IMG/VR virus record: IMGVR_UViG_3300033485_000061
Coordinates: 1 to 30,782 of that record
DNA length: 30,782 nt
Strand: one strand, 5' to 3'
Origin: a virus
Lineage: Duplodnaviria; Caudoviricetes
Shown: piece after piece, positions 8,595 through 16,090 of the stretch
Layout: the number at the start of each line of letters is the position of its first letter
How positions within the stretch are numbered: the first letter of the stretch is position 1
The notes under the pieces: model-generated
What the model saw: the letters and a program-made list of their open reading frames with translations, nothing else
What the model was told of the DNA's origin: nothing
The model's database searches: none
Translations under genes and position numbers: made by a program

Positions 8595-10037
8595 ATGGCG
8601 ACTAGGACGTGGGATGCTGCTGGTGCAAGTACGTGGTCGGTCGCGGCGAGTTGGTCGGACAACACGAAGCCGACTACGGACGATACGGCGGCGTTCGACA
8701 ACACGAGCGACCAAAACTGCACCGTAGACGAGAACACGGCGATCCTGGGCGGATTCACCGTAGACGCGACCTACGGTGGGACAATCGACTTCGCCAGTGC
8801 GAACCTGAATGTTCTCAACGGCGCCGTGACGCTGAACGGTGCCGGCACGTTCGACGCTGGCGACTTGACCAGCCACACGCTGGCCAACTGCGCCCTGACC
8901 TGGATGATGAGTGGCGGCGACGGTACGTGGACCCGTGGCACGTCAACCTTCACGATGCAGGGTGCGTCGAGCTTCACGGGCAAAGCGAACACGCACTTCT
9001 ACAAACTGACGGTTGGGACAGGCGGCACGTTGACTGTTGCCGGCACGAGCAACTACGTTGTCAACGTACTTACGGTCAACGGCACGCTTGACATCCCCGT
9101 GGCCAAGAATACGGGCGTGGTAACGACTGGCACGCTGGTCGTTGCTGCCGCTGGCGTCATCTCGGGTGCGGGCTCCTTCACGTTAAGTTCGCCAAGCTCG
9201 GGTGCCGGCATCACCAGTCAGGCAGGCACGATCAGCGTTGCCACGCTCTCCGTCCTCAACCCCGCGTCTGGCTCGGTCTTCGCAGCGGGAACCTACGCAT
9301 CGGCAACCGTGACGATCTCGGGCACGGGTGCGGCCGCCTATGTCTTCGCATTGGCAGCCGGAACAACAACGTTTACCGGCGATGTCGAGTACAAGATCAA
9401 CAACGCGGGCGGCTCGCTGACCGTGACCAACGCGGCCAACGGCAGCCAGGTCTATCAGGGCGACCTGAAGTTCTCGGAGTCGGCAGGCACACTGACCTAC
9501 ACCAAGGGCACTGGCAGCATCACGTTCAGCGGCACGGCGGCACAAAACTTCTATGATGCTGACGGGATCGGCGCGACGAATCCGCTCGAAGACATCGTAA
9601 TCAACAAGGCTTCTGGCACGCTGACCCTACAGGACGCGCTGGTCTGTGATTCGCTCACGCTCACCTCTGGCACGCTCGCACCCAATGGCAAGGCACTGAC
9701 CACTACGGGCAGCGTGTCGCTGGGTCCAGGCGGGTCGATGTCAACCGGGGCGACGGCGATGAATCTCGCGGCCTGGACGGTGGGCGGCGATTTCGCAGCC
9801 ACGGGGGTCAACCTCCAGGGCTCGGGCGGCTGGACGCTTAGTGTGGCGGGCGCGGGCGCGATCTATTCAGCCGTCATCCAGGGCTGCGATGCGTCGGGCA
9901 GTGCGGCGGCGATACAAGCCTACAACTGTACCGATGGTGGAGGAAACACGAACATTAACTTTACGGCCGGAGGCGCGGCTGCCGCCAACAGTAGCGTTTT
10001 CAACTGGCGAGGCGCGCAGAACTGGCGACTCCAGTAG
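8595..10037 (+). CDS. Beta-solenoid, autotransporter-passenger-like virion fibre/adhesin, 480 aa
   Basis: Thr/Gly/Ala/Ser-rich beta repeats (GTLTV, GSLTV, GTLTL). The N-terminus TWD..G.STWS..ASWS...P...D.A.F is typical of autotransporter-like beta-helix proteins. Confidence 0.6.
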   Translation: MATRTWDAAGASTWSVAASWSDNTKPTTDDTAAFDNTSDQNCTVDENTAILGGFTVDATYGGTIDFASANLNVLNGAVTLNGAGTFDAGDLTSHTLANCALTWMMSGGDGTWTRGTSTFTMQGASSFTGKANTHFYKLTVGTGGTLTVAGTSNYVVNVLTVNGTLDIPVAKNTGVVTTGTLVVAAAGVISGAGSFTLSSPSSGAGITSQAGTISVATLSVLNPASGSVFAAGTYASATVTISGTGAAAYVFALAAGTTTFTGDVEYKINNAGGSLTVTNAANGSQVYQGDLKFSESAGTLTYTKGTGSITFSGTAAQNFYDADGIGATNPLEDIVINKASGTLTLQDALVCDSLTLTSGTLAPNGKALTTTGSVSLGPGGSMSTGATAMNLAAWTVGGDFAATGVNLQGSGGWTLSVAGAGAIYSAVIQGCDASGSAAAIQAYNCTDGGGNTNINFTAGGAAAANSSVFNWRGAQNWRLQ

Positions 10038-10050
10038 AAAGGGATTTGCG

Positions 10051-10374
10051 ATGGGACTTGACCTCAACACTCTACGGACCCAGGTAATCGAAGGGCAGTG
10101 GGAAGTGGTCGGCAACGAACTTATCGCGGACCTGAATCCGGCGGTAGGTTTCACGGCAGCCAACCACGCAAGCGCAACTCACGCACTGGTCCAGGCCAAG
10201 ACGGCCGCTGTCAATATGGCCATGTACGCCACGACCACGGCCTCGGCCACGATCGGCTTCACGCTGAATGTCGGCGACCCGCCGTATCCGTTGCCTCTGG
10301 GCGTTGGGCTCAGCGGCGTGACGTTCTATTCGGCGACGGGTGGCGTGTACGCAGAGTTCATCCGGCCGAGATAA
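10051..10374 (+). CDS. Small putative virion protein, 107 aa
   Basis: ATG 10051 follows AAAGGG. Beta-rich, within the structural module. Confidence 0.6.
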   Translation: MGLDLNTLRTQVIEGQWEVVGNELIADLNPAVGFTAANHASATHALVQAKTAAVNMAMYATTTASATIGFTLNVGDPPYPLPLGVGLSGVTFYSATGGVYAEFIRPR

Positions 10375-10383
10375 CGGGTTTAT

Positions 10384-10399
10384 CGCAGAGACGCGAAGG
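10384..10399 (+). repeat. Intergenic tandem octamer (CGCAGAGA CGCGAAGG)
   Basis: Read directly. Followed by the GGAG RBS of the gene at 10411. Confidence 0.65.
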
Positions 10400-10410
10400 T
10401 GGAGTAGAAC

Positions 10411-11586
10411 ATGCCGGTTCCGATCTTGACCTACTATGACGCCCTGGCGTGGGCATCGGATTTCGTGTCCGGCAGCGGCACATCCAGTATGGCCCAGCGG
10501 GACTTGCGGCGTGCGATCCAGGTCGCCCAGCGCAAGTTCTGCTCGGTATACGACTGGGCGTTCCTTAAGCGGCAGGGCCGCGTTCAACTCCAGGCTGTTC
10601 AATCGACGGGCACGGTGGTCTACGACCACACGGGCGGAACCTACGAGCGGCAGTTGACCTTGACGGGCGCGACATGGCCTACGTGGGTCGAGGACGCCGT
10701 GGTCAAGCTGGGTGGCGCGAACTACATTTGCCACGTCGATGACTACAAGTCTACAACGGTAATTACCCTTGATTCCGTGCTTAATCCGGGCCAGGACGTG
10801 GCATCGACGACCTACACCTGTTACCCGCTCTACTATCACTTACCGGCCGACTTCGAGAGCCTGGAGGAGGTCTGGGGCCAGGAATCCTGGCGACTGGGGC
10901 GAGAAATGCCCTTGGACACGATCCTCGCGTTGCACCGCTACGAGAGCGACAGCGGCGACCTGGATTACTACGCCATCGCGGAGGTGGCCGACTTGCTTGG
11001 CACGATGGGGCTGTATCTCTATCCGCCGATCGACGCGGCCGAGACGCTGGACTTTACATACAAGCGGCGGGCCCGCGACCTGCGTTACACGGGTCACGAC
11101 ACGGCCGAGAGCCAGGGCACGATCTCTGTATCCGTCGCCAATACGACGATGACGGGCGTGGGAACGGCCTTTGATCTGGCCATGATCGGCTCGGTGGTGC
11201 GAATCGGGACAAGCTCCAGCAACGTGCCGACCGGGCTGGAGGGCCTGTATCCTTACAGCGAGGAGCGGGTGATCACGGCCGTTGCATCGGCGACTTCCGC
11301 CACGCTGGACTCGATGCCCGGGCGCGGCCGATCCGGCGTGAAGTACACCATCACCGACCCCATCGACCTGCCGCCGGTTGCCCACAACGCCTTTCTCTGG
11401 TGCGTGGCCAACGAGATTGCCGGCAGCCGGATTATGAAGAACTCCGGCGAAGTTGCCGCGAGATACCGCGAGGCGCTGCTGGAGACCCGGGCAGCGGACA
11501 ACCGCGTTACGGGTATCCGGGTCGTGGGGGCCGCTGCCCCGATCCTCCATCAGTACTCTGATGTGGCTGTGACTGATGACGAGTAA
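10411..11586 (+). CDS. Head-tail adaptor / tail tubular protein A-like, 391 aa
   Basis: N-terminal helices RRAIQVAQRKFCSVYDWAFL, YHLPADF, LYLYPP and C-terminal IDLP...Y..AL...D match podovirus adaptors. Contains inserted beta domains. Confidence 0.7.
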   Translation: MPVPILTYYDALAWASDFVSGSGTSSMAQRDLRRAIQVAQRKFCSVYDWAFLKRQGRVQLQAVQSTGTVVYDHTGGTYERQLTLTGATWPTWVEDAVVKLGGANYICHVDDYKSTTVITLDSVLNPGQDVASTTYTCYPLYYHLPADFESLEEVWGQESWRLGREMPLDTILALHRYESDSGDLDYYAIAEVADLLGTMGLYLYPPIDAAETLDFTYKRRARDLRYTGHDTAESQGTISVSVANTTMTGVGTAFDLAMIGSVVRIGTSSSNVPTGLEGLYPYSEERVITAVASATSATLDSMPGRGRSGVKYTITDPIDLPPVAHNAFLWCVANEIAGSRIMKNSGEVAARYREALLETRAADNRVTGIRVVGAAAPILHQYSDVAVTDDE

Positions 11587-11591
11587 ACTCA

Positions 11592-11615
11592 CGCAAAGGC
11601 GCGAAGGCGCTGAGG
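11592..11615 (+). repeat. Intergenic tandem octamer x3 (CGCAAAGG CGCGAAGG CGCTGAGG)
   Basis: Read directly. The third unit merges into the GAGGAG RBS of the gene at 11624. Confidence 0.75.
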
Positions 11616-11623
11616 AGTAAGAT

Positions 11624-13063
11624 ATGGCACTTTCTGGTGAGGCCCGGCGATTCGTGGAACACGCCCTGGGCAGCGCGGATTTCGGCAAGGAGTTGTGCGA
11701 TGCCGTAGACAGCACCACCGACGCAATCCCTGATCTTCTGGGTGCATCGCCGGACGCGGTTCTTGTGGCCAACGATACGACCACGGGGGGTACGAACAAC
11801 CTGTTTCTGACGGCCGCGTTGCCGGCGAGCAACACGGGCTACAGCAACAATTTTTTCGGCGTGGACGCGGGCCGCGACAACGTGGCCGGGCACGAGAACG
11901 TGTTTATCGGATACCAGGCCGGCATATCGAACTACAGCGGCTCGGCCAATATGTTCATCGGCGCCTATGCTGGCTTCGTTCACCTCAACGGAAACGGCTC
12001 GATTGCGATAGGAAAAAACGCCCTGTCCGACGCAACGACTTACGTCGAAAGCGTAACGATCACCAACGGCGGCACTGGCTACACGGCCGGCGCGTTGATC
12101 TTCACCAATACGGGCACGGGCGGCACGGGCGCGGCCGGGACGTATACCGTGTCCGGTGGCGTCATCAACGCCATCACGATCACGAACAAGGGTAGCGGCT
12201 ACAAGACCGCGCCGACTTGCACGCCGCAGCCAGGAGGCGCGAGCGCGGTGTTGACCCCCGTGCTGGGCTCATGCCAGTACAACACGGCCGTCGGGTACTG
12301 CGCTCAGGGTGCTCAGGTCTACGGCATCTACAACTGTGCGTTCGGCTGGCAGGCGAACTACGCCGACGTGGACGGCGAGCAGAACTGTTCATTCGGCGCG
12401 AACGCTCGGGGTCGCGCACCGACCGGCCAGCAGAACGTCGCCATCGGCGCGCACACGCTCTACGGGGCTGCGGGCACTGATTATTGCACGGCCGTCGGGG
12501 CGAGTGCCCTTCGGGCGAGTACGTCGGACAACTGCACGGCTGTCGGTGTTGTCGCGGGCTACAACAACACGGCGGCCAACGTGACATTGCTCGGAGGTTG
12601 GGCAGGCTACAGTAATACGGGCGCCGGCTCGGTGTTGATCGGGTATTACGCCGGCTACAACAACACGACGGCCAGCCGGCTGATGATCGACAACACCAAC
12701 ACGGATACGCCACTGATCGACGGTAACTTCGCAAACGACACGCTGACCATTAACGGCACGGCGACCGTGGCGCGGACGCAAACGCTGACCACCAGCGCAA
12801 CTGACGGATACTCGGCATCCCTGAAGCTCGACCCGGCGTACAGTGCGGCGTACACGGTGACGCGGCACAACTATCTCGACATCCAGAATGTGGCAACGAC
12901 GGCCAGTGCAGCGGTTACGGCGTCCGCCGTGTTGCGTTTCGACGCGAACCTGGGCACTCACAAGGCGACGACCTCTGTTGCGGCAACGAGTGGCGCGGCC
13001 GTTGGGGCGTTCTACGTGAACGTCAACGGGACGCTTCGCAAGGTGAACCTCTACTCGGTCTAG
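11624..13063 (+). CDS. Tail fibre/spike with YadA-head-like repeats, 479 aa
   Basis: Multiple 14-16 aa N-x-(F/A)-(I/V/F)-G-x-x-A repeats forming a probable left-handed beta-roll. GAGGAG RBS. Confidence 0.7.
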   Translation: MALSGEARRFVEHALGSADFGKELCDAVDSTTDAIPDLLGASPDAVLVANDTTTGGTNNLFLTAALPASNTGYSNNFFGVDAGRDNVAGHENVFIGYQAGISNYSGSANMFIGAYAGFVHLNGNGSIAIGKNALSDATTYVESVTITNGGTGYTAGALIFTNTGTGGTGAAGTYTVSGGVINAITITNKGSGYKTAPTCTPQPGGASAVLTPVLGSCQYNTAVGYCAQGAQVYGIYNCAFGWQANYADVDGEQNCSFGANARGRAPTGQQNVAIGAHTLYGAAGTDYCTAVGASALRASTSDNCTAVGVVAGYNNTAANVTLLGGWAGYSNTGAGSVLIGYYAGYNNTTASRLMIDNTNTDTPLIDGNFANDTLTINGTATVARTQTLTTSATDGYSASLKLDPAYSAAYTVTRHNYLDIQNVATTASAAVTASAVLRFDANLGTHKATTSVAATSGAAVGAFYVNVNGTLRKVNLYSV

Positions 13064-13072
13064 GATTCTGCG

Positions 13073-13246
13073 ATGGAGAGACCTCAACGCACGCTGAAAA
13101 TCCGCGACTGGTCCGGGCTGGTGAGCAATCGAGGGCCATTCGCCGGCAAGCCGGGCGACACGAGCACTCAGGTCAACTGCCGGTGCGTCAAGCCGGGCAT
13201 CCTGGAGGTTCGCAGCGGCATGCGCAAGGTGAACTGGACGCTGTAG
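13073..13246 (+). CDS. 57-aa ORF resembling the N-terminal segment of podovirus tail nozzle proteins (not in the ORF track)
   Basis: Hand translation MERPQRTLKIRDWSGLVSNRGPFAGKPGDTSTQVNCRCVKPGILEVRSGMRKVNWTL* has the pattern DW.GL....N......G.L..R.G. Confidence 0.7.
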   Translation: MERPQRTLKIRDWSGLVSNRGPFAGKPGDTSTQVNCRCVKPGILEVRSGMRKVNWTL

Positions 13247-13258
13247 TCGAGACGCTCT

Positions 13259-13282
13259 TGCAACGGCGCGAAGACGCCGAGA
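13259..13282 (+). repeat. Intergenic tandem octamer x3 (TGCAACGG CGCGAAGA CGCCGAGA)
   Basis: Read directly. Ends 4 nt before ATG 13287. Confidence 0.65.
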
Positions 13283-13286
13283 TGTT

Positions 13287-13781
13287 ATGAGCACGTGGAA
13301 ACTGGCAGCATGGGATAATCGAAACGGCGTCTCGTGGTACGGCGGGCGTGCCGTGGGCGTCACGACAACGATCTACGTGAATTACTACCCCAATTGCACA
13401 GACCTGAACACTGACTATGACGAGGTGTCGCGGGGCGACGTAACGATTGCCACGAGCGCGGCCGAGCTTCGCATCTGGAAGGTTGGATTCAATGGCGCGC
13501 TTACGCAGACTACTTCTGGCCCCGCGACGATCCAGGGCGGCAATCTGTTTGTGACAAGCTGGACGCCCGCGTCGGCCGGAAGCTACATTGCCTCGGCCCT
13601 CTATCACGCGGCCGATGACACTTACGACGCCTATTTTCAAGGTTACAACATCACCGATCCGAACGAGGCCGTTACCGACGATCGGATCGTCGCCATCTAC
13701 GCCTACGACCGCCCGGAAGTGAGAAACGTAGTCTGGCAGAACCTCGGTGGGGAACTGTGGGTCGGCCAGAATCCCGAGTAG
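13287..13781 (+). CDS. Putative tail-associated protein, 164 aa
   Basis: Beta-rich. The C-terminus IVAIYAYDRPE..NVVWQN.GGELWVG looks like a beta-propeller blade. Confidence 0.6.
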   Translation: MSTWKLAAWDNRNGVSWYGGRAVGVTTTIYVNYYPNCTDLNTDYDEVSRGDVTIATSAAELRIWKVGFNGALTQTTSGPATIQGGNLFVTSWTPASAGSYIASALYHAADDTYDAYFQGYNITDPNEAVTDDRIVAIYAYDRPEVRNVVWQNLGGELWVGQNPE

Positions 13782-13785
13782 GCGC

Positions 13786-13823
13786 GGATATTCCGAATCG
13801 CTAGGAATATCCCTCTCTTGTTT
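13786..13823 (+). terminator. Perfect 9-bp hairpin with pyrimidine-rich tail (terminator-like or recoding element)
   Basis: GGATATTCC (13786-13794) pairs with GGAATATCC (13804-13812) around a 9-nt loop, followed by CTCTCTTGTTT. Confidence 0.4.
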
Positions 13824-13834
13824 GGCGAAACTGC

Positions 13835-15919
13835 ATGGATACGCCAGCGCGCATTGCGTCCGGGCTTTGCACGGAATACCCCGTCTGCGCGGCCGAGGCC
13901 CCGGACGGCGTGCTTTATTTTGCCACAGGCAACGATCGTGTTCTACGGTGGGATGGGACCACGGAGAAGACCGAGTGGGCTGGCATCGAGGCGTCCACGT
14001 CGGCTTGCACCATGGCGGCCAGCACGAGCACGTCGGGCACGATCTACGGCGACTACACGGCCTACGTCCGGTTCCTGGACGATGAGGACATTCCATCGAG
14101 CTTCTCGGCCGCCGCCACGTTGTCGATTACTTCGGGGGCCCCGGCGCCGGGAATCAGTTATTCGGCTATTCCCGTATCGTCCACGAGCCGTTGCACGAAG
14201 CGGGAGGTGTGGCGCAACACGGCCGGGCAGAACGTGACGTGGTATCTCGACTGTACGATCGCGGACAACACCACGACGACCACGAGCAGCACGCGGACGG
14301 ACGGGGAACTGGTCACGCAATCGTCGATCCGGTTTGTCACCGAGGACGGTTGGCCCAACGCCATGCGGTTTACTCCCCCGCCGAACAATATGGGCGTGGT
14401 CGTGAGTTTCCAGGACCGCATGTGGTACGCGGTGCCCCGGCCCTACACGGCGGGCCACGCGATCGGCAGCGGGACCGCAGTCAGTGTTTGGGGCGGCGAC
14501 CTGCGTGCTCAGATGGCCGGGCGTCGGTTCTATCAGGGCGCGCACAACTGGGCAACCATCGGAGAGGCTACTGGGAGCTCTGTTACTCTGGTCGCTGAAC
14601 CCGCGTCTGGGTTCGGGCCGGACGACTACTACGCGATCTACGATGCCGACGTTCGCAACACGATCTACTTCTCGGAGGCCGGGGAGCCGGAGTCGGTCCC
14701 CACGAGCAACGCGATCACCTTACAGGAAGACGGGGACAAGATTTCTGGGCTCATGCCACTATACTCGTTCCTGTTCATCCTCAAGGAGCGGCACATCTAC
14801 CGAATGGCGTCGGCCGGCGACCCACGCCGCGACGCCACGGTGAGTCTGGTTGCCGAGCGCGGCTGCGTGAACCAGCGGTGCTGGTGCCGGGTCGAGGGTA
14901 CGGCTTTCCTCATGGACGAGACGGGCATCTACGTTTTCAAGGACAACGAGACTCAGGCGGTTAGCTCGCCGATCCAGGACGTGTTTCGTGGCCAGATCAA
15001 CTGGGACCACCGCAAGTGGTTCCATTGCGTCCATTCGGCGGACGAGGAGACGGTCCGGTTTTTCGTGTCGATGGACACGGACCTCTACCCGACGCACGCC
15101 TTGTGTTTCAACTACCGCTTGCAGCAGTGGCACACCGAGCAGTATCCGTTTGACATTGGGGCGTCGTGCAATTGTCGGATCGGCCAGGAGTACCGCACGC
15201 TGGTCGGCAGCGACGAGTCTGTGTCGCTCTTGGGCGAGGGCGTGTTGGATGGTTGTGCGTTGGAGGCTGCGGCCCGAGAGGACTCAATTACGTGCAGCCA
15301 GACGTTGCGGGGCACGGTCACGGCGGCGTCGTCGGACACGATCACCGACAGTGCGGCAAGCTGGAACTTCTCGGACTGGCACGTTCATCCGGTGACTATC
15401 GGGGCTCCAGTCTACATCATCGCTTCCGACGGGTCGGTCCAGTGGCGCAGAATCTCGGCGATCAATTACAGCACGAAGATTCTGACGGTCGTGCGAGACT
15501 GGGACACAACGCCGTCGGTCGGCGACACGTACATGATTGGTGGGATCAACTGGCAGGCGAAGTTCGGGGCGTTCGCATTTCTGGAGGAGGAGTCGCAGAA
15601 TGTACGGCAGATAAAGCTCCGCTATCAGCCGCAGGCGGACGCTGCGACCCTGGAAATGCGGACGTACTTGAATCACAGTGCTACGGAGCAGTCGGCCCAC
15701 GTTGCGTGGAACAACGGGGCTGGGGTGTCGGTCGCGGCGGGGTCCGGGAATCTCATGGTGGATTTGACGGGCGACACGGGGTATGCGCGGTGGAACCTCA
15801 ACGACGGGTTCGAGAACCACGGGCCGGCGGACCGGACGCTGGAGGTCGAGCTTGAGGGGGTGAGCGGCAAGCAGAAGACGCAGATTTACGCGCTGGACAT
15901 TGATGGTGTTGATCGGTAA
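13835..15919 (+). CDS. Tail nozzle / tail tubular protein B-like, 694 aa
   Basis: Beta-propeller motifs FQDRMWY, IYFSEAGEPES, DGDKISGL...LFILKE..IY, GCVNQR...AFLMDETGIY and VSSPIQ are typical of P22 gp10/T7 gp12-like nozzles. Confidence 0.8.
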   Translation: MDTPARIASGLCTEYPVCAAEAPDGVLYFATGNDRVLRWDGTTEKTEWAGIEASTSACTMAASTSTSGTIYGDYTAYVRFLDDEDIPSSFSAAATLSITSGAPAPGISYSAIPVSSTSRCTKREVWRNTAGQNVTWYLDCTIADNTTTTTSSTRTDGELVTQSSIRFVTEDGWPNAMRFTPPPNNMGVVVSFQDRMWYAVPRPYTAGHAIGSGTAVSVWGGDLRAQMAGRRFYQGAHNWATIGEATGSSVTLVAEPASGFGPDDYYAIYDADVRNTIYFSEAGEPESVPTSNAITLQEDGDKISGLMPLYSFLFILKERHIYRMASAGDPRRDATVSLVAERGCVNQRCWCRVEGTAFLMDETGIYVFKDNETQAVSSPIQDVFRGQINWDHRKWFHCVHSADEETVRFFVSMDTDLYPTHALCFNYRLQQWHTEQYPFDIGASCNCRIGQEYRTLVGSDESVSLLGEGVLDGCALEAAAREDSITCSQTLRGTVTAASSDTITDSAASWNFSDWHVHPVTIGAPVYIIASDGSVQWRRISAINYSTKILTVVRDWDTTPSVGDTYMIGGINWQAKFGAFAFLEEESQNVRQIKLRYQPQADAATLEMRTYLNHSATEQSAHVAWNNGAGVSVAAGSGNLMVDLTGDTGYARWNLNDGFENHGPADRTLEVELEGVSGKQKTQIYALDIDGVDR

Positions 15920-15946
15920 CGGTTTCTCACAAAAGGGAGTTGTGCC

Positions 15947-16090
15947 ATGCCTAAGAACAGCAAGGTTCACAAGGTGTACGAGGCCCTCTTGCGGGAGGGC
16001 AAGAGCAAGGAGTCGGCGGCCCGGATCAGCCAGGCCAAGACTGGCCAGGCGTTGGCGACGGGGCGGCCCCCGAAGCGGAAGAAGAAGTAG
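15947..16090 (+). CDS. 47-aa basic hypothetical protein (not in the ORF track)
   Basis: GGGAG RBS. Hand translation MPKNSKVHKVYEALLREGKSKESAARISQAKTGQALATGRPPKRKKK*. Its stop abuts the next ATG. Confidence 0.7.
   Translation: MPKNSKVHKVYEALLREGKSKESAARISQAKTGQALATGRPPKRKKK

Noticed and set aside
13037-13234. 12-bp direct repeat CGCAAGGTGAAC (RKVN) near the ends of two adjacent ORFs
   Set aside because: A single short match with no sign of an inserted element. It could be chance, so there is too little support.
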